Position numbers and translations under genes: made by a program. Positions 23,248-25,910 of a stretch of 25,910 bases of DNA are shown one piece after another. Each line of letters starts with the position of its first letter. The first letter of the stretch is position 1. The notes below the pieces were generated by a model, which was not told the DNA's origin, did no database searches, and was given only the letters and a program-made list of their open reading frames with translations. Source of the DNA: Burkholderiales bacterium (GTDB taxonomy: Bacteria > Pseudomonadota > Gammaproteobacteria > Burkholderiales > SG8-39); the NCBI GenBank assembly GCA_041568535.1, contig JBFFZT010000001.1, forward strand, positions 1-25,910, in the 5' to 3' direction.

Positions 23248-24440
23248 TGTCATTGAACGACCCGAACTGGGGGCGCGGCTCCCGCGGCCCGGGGGGCAAT
23301 CAGGGCCCGCCCGACCTCGACGAGCTCTGGCGCAACTTCAACCGCAAGCTGAACGAGCTGTTCGGCGGCCGGCGTGGCGGCGGCGGCGGCATGCCGCCCG
23401 CGGCGCCTTCCGGGCGCATGCTCGGCGGCGGCGCCGGCGTGCTGGTGGCGCTGGTGCTCGTGATCTGGATGGCGAGCGGCTTCTACGTGGTCGACGCCGC
23501 CTCGCGCGGCGTGGTGCTCACCTTCGGCAAGTTCTCCGAGATCACCGATCCGGGCCTGCGCTGGCGCATGCCGTTCCCGGTCCAGTCGCACGAGATCGTG
23601 AACCTGTCGCAGGTGAGGACGCTCGAGGTCGGCTACCGCAACAACGTCAAGACCAAGGTGCTGAAAGAGTCGCTCATGCTCACCGACGACGAGAACATCG
23701 TCGACCTGCAGTTCGCGGTGCAGTACGTGGTGACCGACGCCAAGGCGTGGCTGTTCAACAACCGGCGTCCCGAGGAAGTGGCGATGCTGACGGCGGAAGC
23801 CGCGATGCGCGAGATCATCGGCAAGAACAAGATGGACGCCATCCTGTACGGCGGCCAGGACAACATCGCCAACCAGGCGCAGGTGCTGATGCAGCAGATC
23901 CTCGACAACTACAAGACCGGCATCAGCCTGAGCCGCGTGACCATCCAGAACGCGCAGCCGCCCGAGCAGGTGCAGGCCGCGTTCGACGACGCGGTCAAGG
24001 CGGGCCAGGACCGCGAGCGCCAGAAGAACGAGGGCCAGGCCTACGCCAACGACGTCATCCCGCGGGCGCGCGGTACCGCGTCGCGCCTGAAGGAAGAGGC
24101 CGAGGGCTACAAGGCGCGCGTCGTCGCCAACGCCGAGGGCGAGGCGTCGCGCTTCCGCCAGGTGCTCGCCGAGTATTCCAAGGCGCCGGCGATCACGCGC
24201 GAGCGCATCTACATCGAGACGCTGCAGAGCGTGCTGTCGTCGACCTCGAAGATCCTGGTCGATACGCGCTCCAGCGGCAACCTGCTGTACCTGCCGCTCG
24301 ACAAGCTGATGCAGCAGGCGGGCGTCGGCGGGCTGAGCGAGTCGCAGGCGTCGCAGCGCGCGCCGGACGCCGCGCTGCCCATGGATCCGGGCCCGCGCTC
24401 GCGCGACAGCCTGCGCAACCGCGAGCGGGGGGAGCGCTGA
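23247..24440 (+). CDS. hflK: FtsH protease modulator HflK
   Basis: [57 protein letters not shown]. Confidence 0.97.
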   Translation: MSLNDPNWGRGSRGPGGNQGPPDLDELWRNFNRKLNELFGGRRGGGGGMPPAAPSGRMLGGGAGVLVALVLVIWMASGFYVVDAASRGVVLTFGKFSEITDPGLRWRMPFPVQSHEIVNLSQVRTLEVGYRNNVKTKVLKESLMLTDDENIVDLQFAVQYVVTDAKAWLFNNRRPEEVAMLTAEAAMREIIGKNKMDAILYGGQDNIANQAQVLMQQILDNYKTGISLSRVTIQNAQPPEQVQAAFDDAVKAGQDRERQKNEGQAYANDVIPRARGTASRLKEEAEGYKARVVANAEGEASRFRQVLAEYSKAPAITRERIYIETLQSVLSSTSKILVDTRSSGNLLYLPLDKLMQQAGVGGLSESQASQRAPDAALPMDPGPRSRDSLRNRERGER

Positions 24441-24441
24441 C

Positions 24442-25326
24442 ATGAGAGCCTTCGGCCCGATCCTTGCGGTCCTCGTCGCGCTGGTGCTCATCGCCTCGAG
24501 CGTGATGTTCACGGTCGATCAGCGCCAGAACGCGATCGTGTTCCAGTTCGGCGAGGTGAAGGAAGTGATCACCGAGCCCGGCCTCAAGTTCAAGTGGCCG
24601 ATGATCCAGAACGTGCGCCTGTTCGACATGCGCATCCTCGCCTACGACGACGCCGAGCCGCTGCGCTTCCTCACCCAGGGCAACAAGCCGGTGCTGGTCG
24701 ACTCGTTCATCCGCTGGCGCATCATCGACGTGCGCCAGTACTTCATCTCGGTGACCGGCAGCGAGGCCGAGGCGACGCGGCGCCTGCGCCAGACCATTTC
24801 CGGCGCGCTGCGCGACGAGTTCGGCACGCGCACCGTGCACGACGTGGTGTCCGGGGAGCGCGACGCGGTCATGGGCCGCGTGCGCGAGAAGGCCGACCAG
24901 GACCTGCGCCGCATCGGCGTCGAGATCGTCGACGTGCGCCTGAAGCGCGTCGACCTGCCGCAGGAAGTGAGCGAGTCGGTCTACCGCCGCATGGAGGCCG
25001 AGCGCAAGAGAATCGCCAACGAGCAGCGCTCCACGGGCGCAGCCGAGTCCGAGCGCATCCGCGCCGACGCCGACCGCCAGCGCGAGGTGATCCTCGCCGA
25101 GGCGTACCGCGACGCGCAGCGCGTCAAGGGCGACGGCGACGCGCGCGCCGCCGCGATCTACGCGCAGGCGTTCCGCCAGGATGCGGAGTTCTATTCGTTC
25201 TACCGCAGCATGGAAGCCTACCGCTCGACCTTCCGCGGCCGCAGCGACCTGCTGCTGCTCGAGCCGAACTCCGACTTTTTCCGCTATCTCAAGGATCCGG
25301 CCGGCAGGGCCGGGGGCAGGCGATGA
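24442..25326 (+). CDS. hflC: FtsH protease modulator HflC
   Basis: TVDQRQNAIVFQFGEV, PGLKFKWP, VDVRLKRVDLP, VYRRMEAER, FYSFYRSMEAY. Confidence 0.97.
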   Translation: MRAFGPILAVLVALVLIASSVMFTVDQRQNAIVFQFGEVKEVITEPGLKFKWPMIQNVRLFDMRILAYDDAEPLRFLTQGNKPVLVDSFIRWRIIDVRQYFISVTGSEAEATRRLRQTISGALRDEFGTRTVHDVVSGERDAVMGRVREKADQDLRRIGVEIVDVRLKRVDLPQEVSESVYRRMEAERKRIANEQRSTGAAESERIRADADRQREVILAEAYRDAQRVKGDGDARAAAIYAQAFRQDAEFYSFYRSMEAYRSTFRGRSDLLLLEPNSDFFRYLKDPAGRAGGRR

Positions 25327-25332
25327 CGCGCC

Positions 25333-25518
25333 ATGGCGACCACGTTCCTCCTCGCCTTCGCCCTGATGCTGATCATCGAAGGGGCGCTCCCCTTCCTCGC
25401 GCCTAGCCTCTGGCGCGACACGTTCCGGCGCATCACCCAGCTCTCCGACGGCCAGATCCGCTTCTTCGGCCTCACCTCGATGCTGATCGGGCTGCTGCTT
25501 CTGGTGCTCGCCATCTGA
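25333..25518 (+). CDS. DUF2065 (YjeT-like) small membrane protein
   Basis: [19 protein letters not shown]...[10 protein letters not shown], in its usual position after hflC. Confidence 0.92.
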   Translation: MATTFLLAFALMLIIEGALPFLAPSLWRDTFRRITQLSDGQIRFFGLTSMLIGLLLLVLAI

Positions 25519-25910
25519 TGCGCTGGCTCCTGCCCGAGTACATCGAGGACATCCTGCCGGCGGAAGCCGCGCGCATCGAGCGGCTGCGCCGCGCGATCCT
25601 CGACCTCTTTGCCGCGGCGCGCTACGAGCTGGTGATGCCGCCGCTCATCGAATACGTGGATTCGTTGCTCACCGGCACCGGCCACGACCTGGACGTGCGC
25701 ACCTTCAAAGTGGTGGACCAGCTCTCGGGGCGCATGATGGGCCTCAGGGCCGACATCACGCCGCAGGTGGCGCGCATCGACGCGCATCTTCTCACCCGCA
25801 AGGGCGTGACGCGTCTGTGCTACTGCGGCGCGGTGCTGCACACGCGCCCGGCGAGCCCGGGCGCGACGCGCGAGCCGATCCAGATCGGCGCCGAGCTCTA
25901 CGGCCAGGCC
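25518..25910 (+). CDS. hisZ: ATP phosphoribosyltransferase regulatory subunit HisZ (5' partial, runs off the window)
   Basis: Not in the ORF track. ATG 25518 overlaps the DUF2065 stop (TGATG). Translates [17 protein letters not shown]...[13 protein letters not shown]...[28 protein letters not shown]...[12 protein letters not shown]. Confidence 0.95.
   Translation, partial: MRWLLPEYIEDILPAEAARIERLRRAILDLFAAARYELVMPPLIEYVDSLLTGTGHDLDVRTFKVVDQLSGRMMGLRADITPQVARIDAHLLTRKGVTRLCYCGAVLHTRPASPGATREPIQIGAELYGQA

Noticed and set aside
12-25841. The many long overlapping or antisense ORFs in the track (e.g. 12-1418, 6082-8061, 7840-9513, 11159-13351, 23250-24512)
   Set aside because: Shadow frames expected at very high GC. 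They are low-complexity R/A/G/P translations lying over genes with clear family motifs.

Overview
A high-GC window (roughly 70% by eye), probably from a betaproteobacterial chromosome, with about 30 tightly packed genes. I see no rRNA, tRNA, CRISPR array, integrase or transposase. The right end is the conserved aroC / hfq-hflX-hflK-hflC-DUF2065-hisZ block. The rest is mixed accessory and housekeeping content: srkA kinase, an orphan MlaF-like ABC ATPase, Tat-exported MsrB, a small His/Gly-rich secreted protein, a transglutaminase-like protein, a DUF1428-SRPBCC-DUF427-MFS cluster, a DODA-type dioxygenase, outer-membrane phospholipase A, a GNAT, an M1 aminopeptidase, a flavoprotein disulfide reductase, a sulfatase, mgtE, a CBS protein and an amidohydrolase. 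The best candidate for an undescribed system is a two-gene unit at 7038-9429 (- strand): a 6-TM class III adenylate cyclase followed 1 nt later by a PhcB-like SAM methyltransferase. It may be a lipid-signal synthase paired with a cAMP-output receptor; this is a hypothesis. Other notable signals are many SD-less genes with a -10 hexamer 5-10 nt before the ATG (likely leaderless), two overlapping bidirectional -10 elements, an H-loop His-to-Tyr change in the MlaF-like ATPase, and a Tat signal peptide reachable only from a non-canonical ATT start. Most long ORFs in the supplied track are GC-rich shadow frames. All family assignments come from motif recognition, not database searches.
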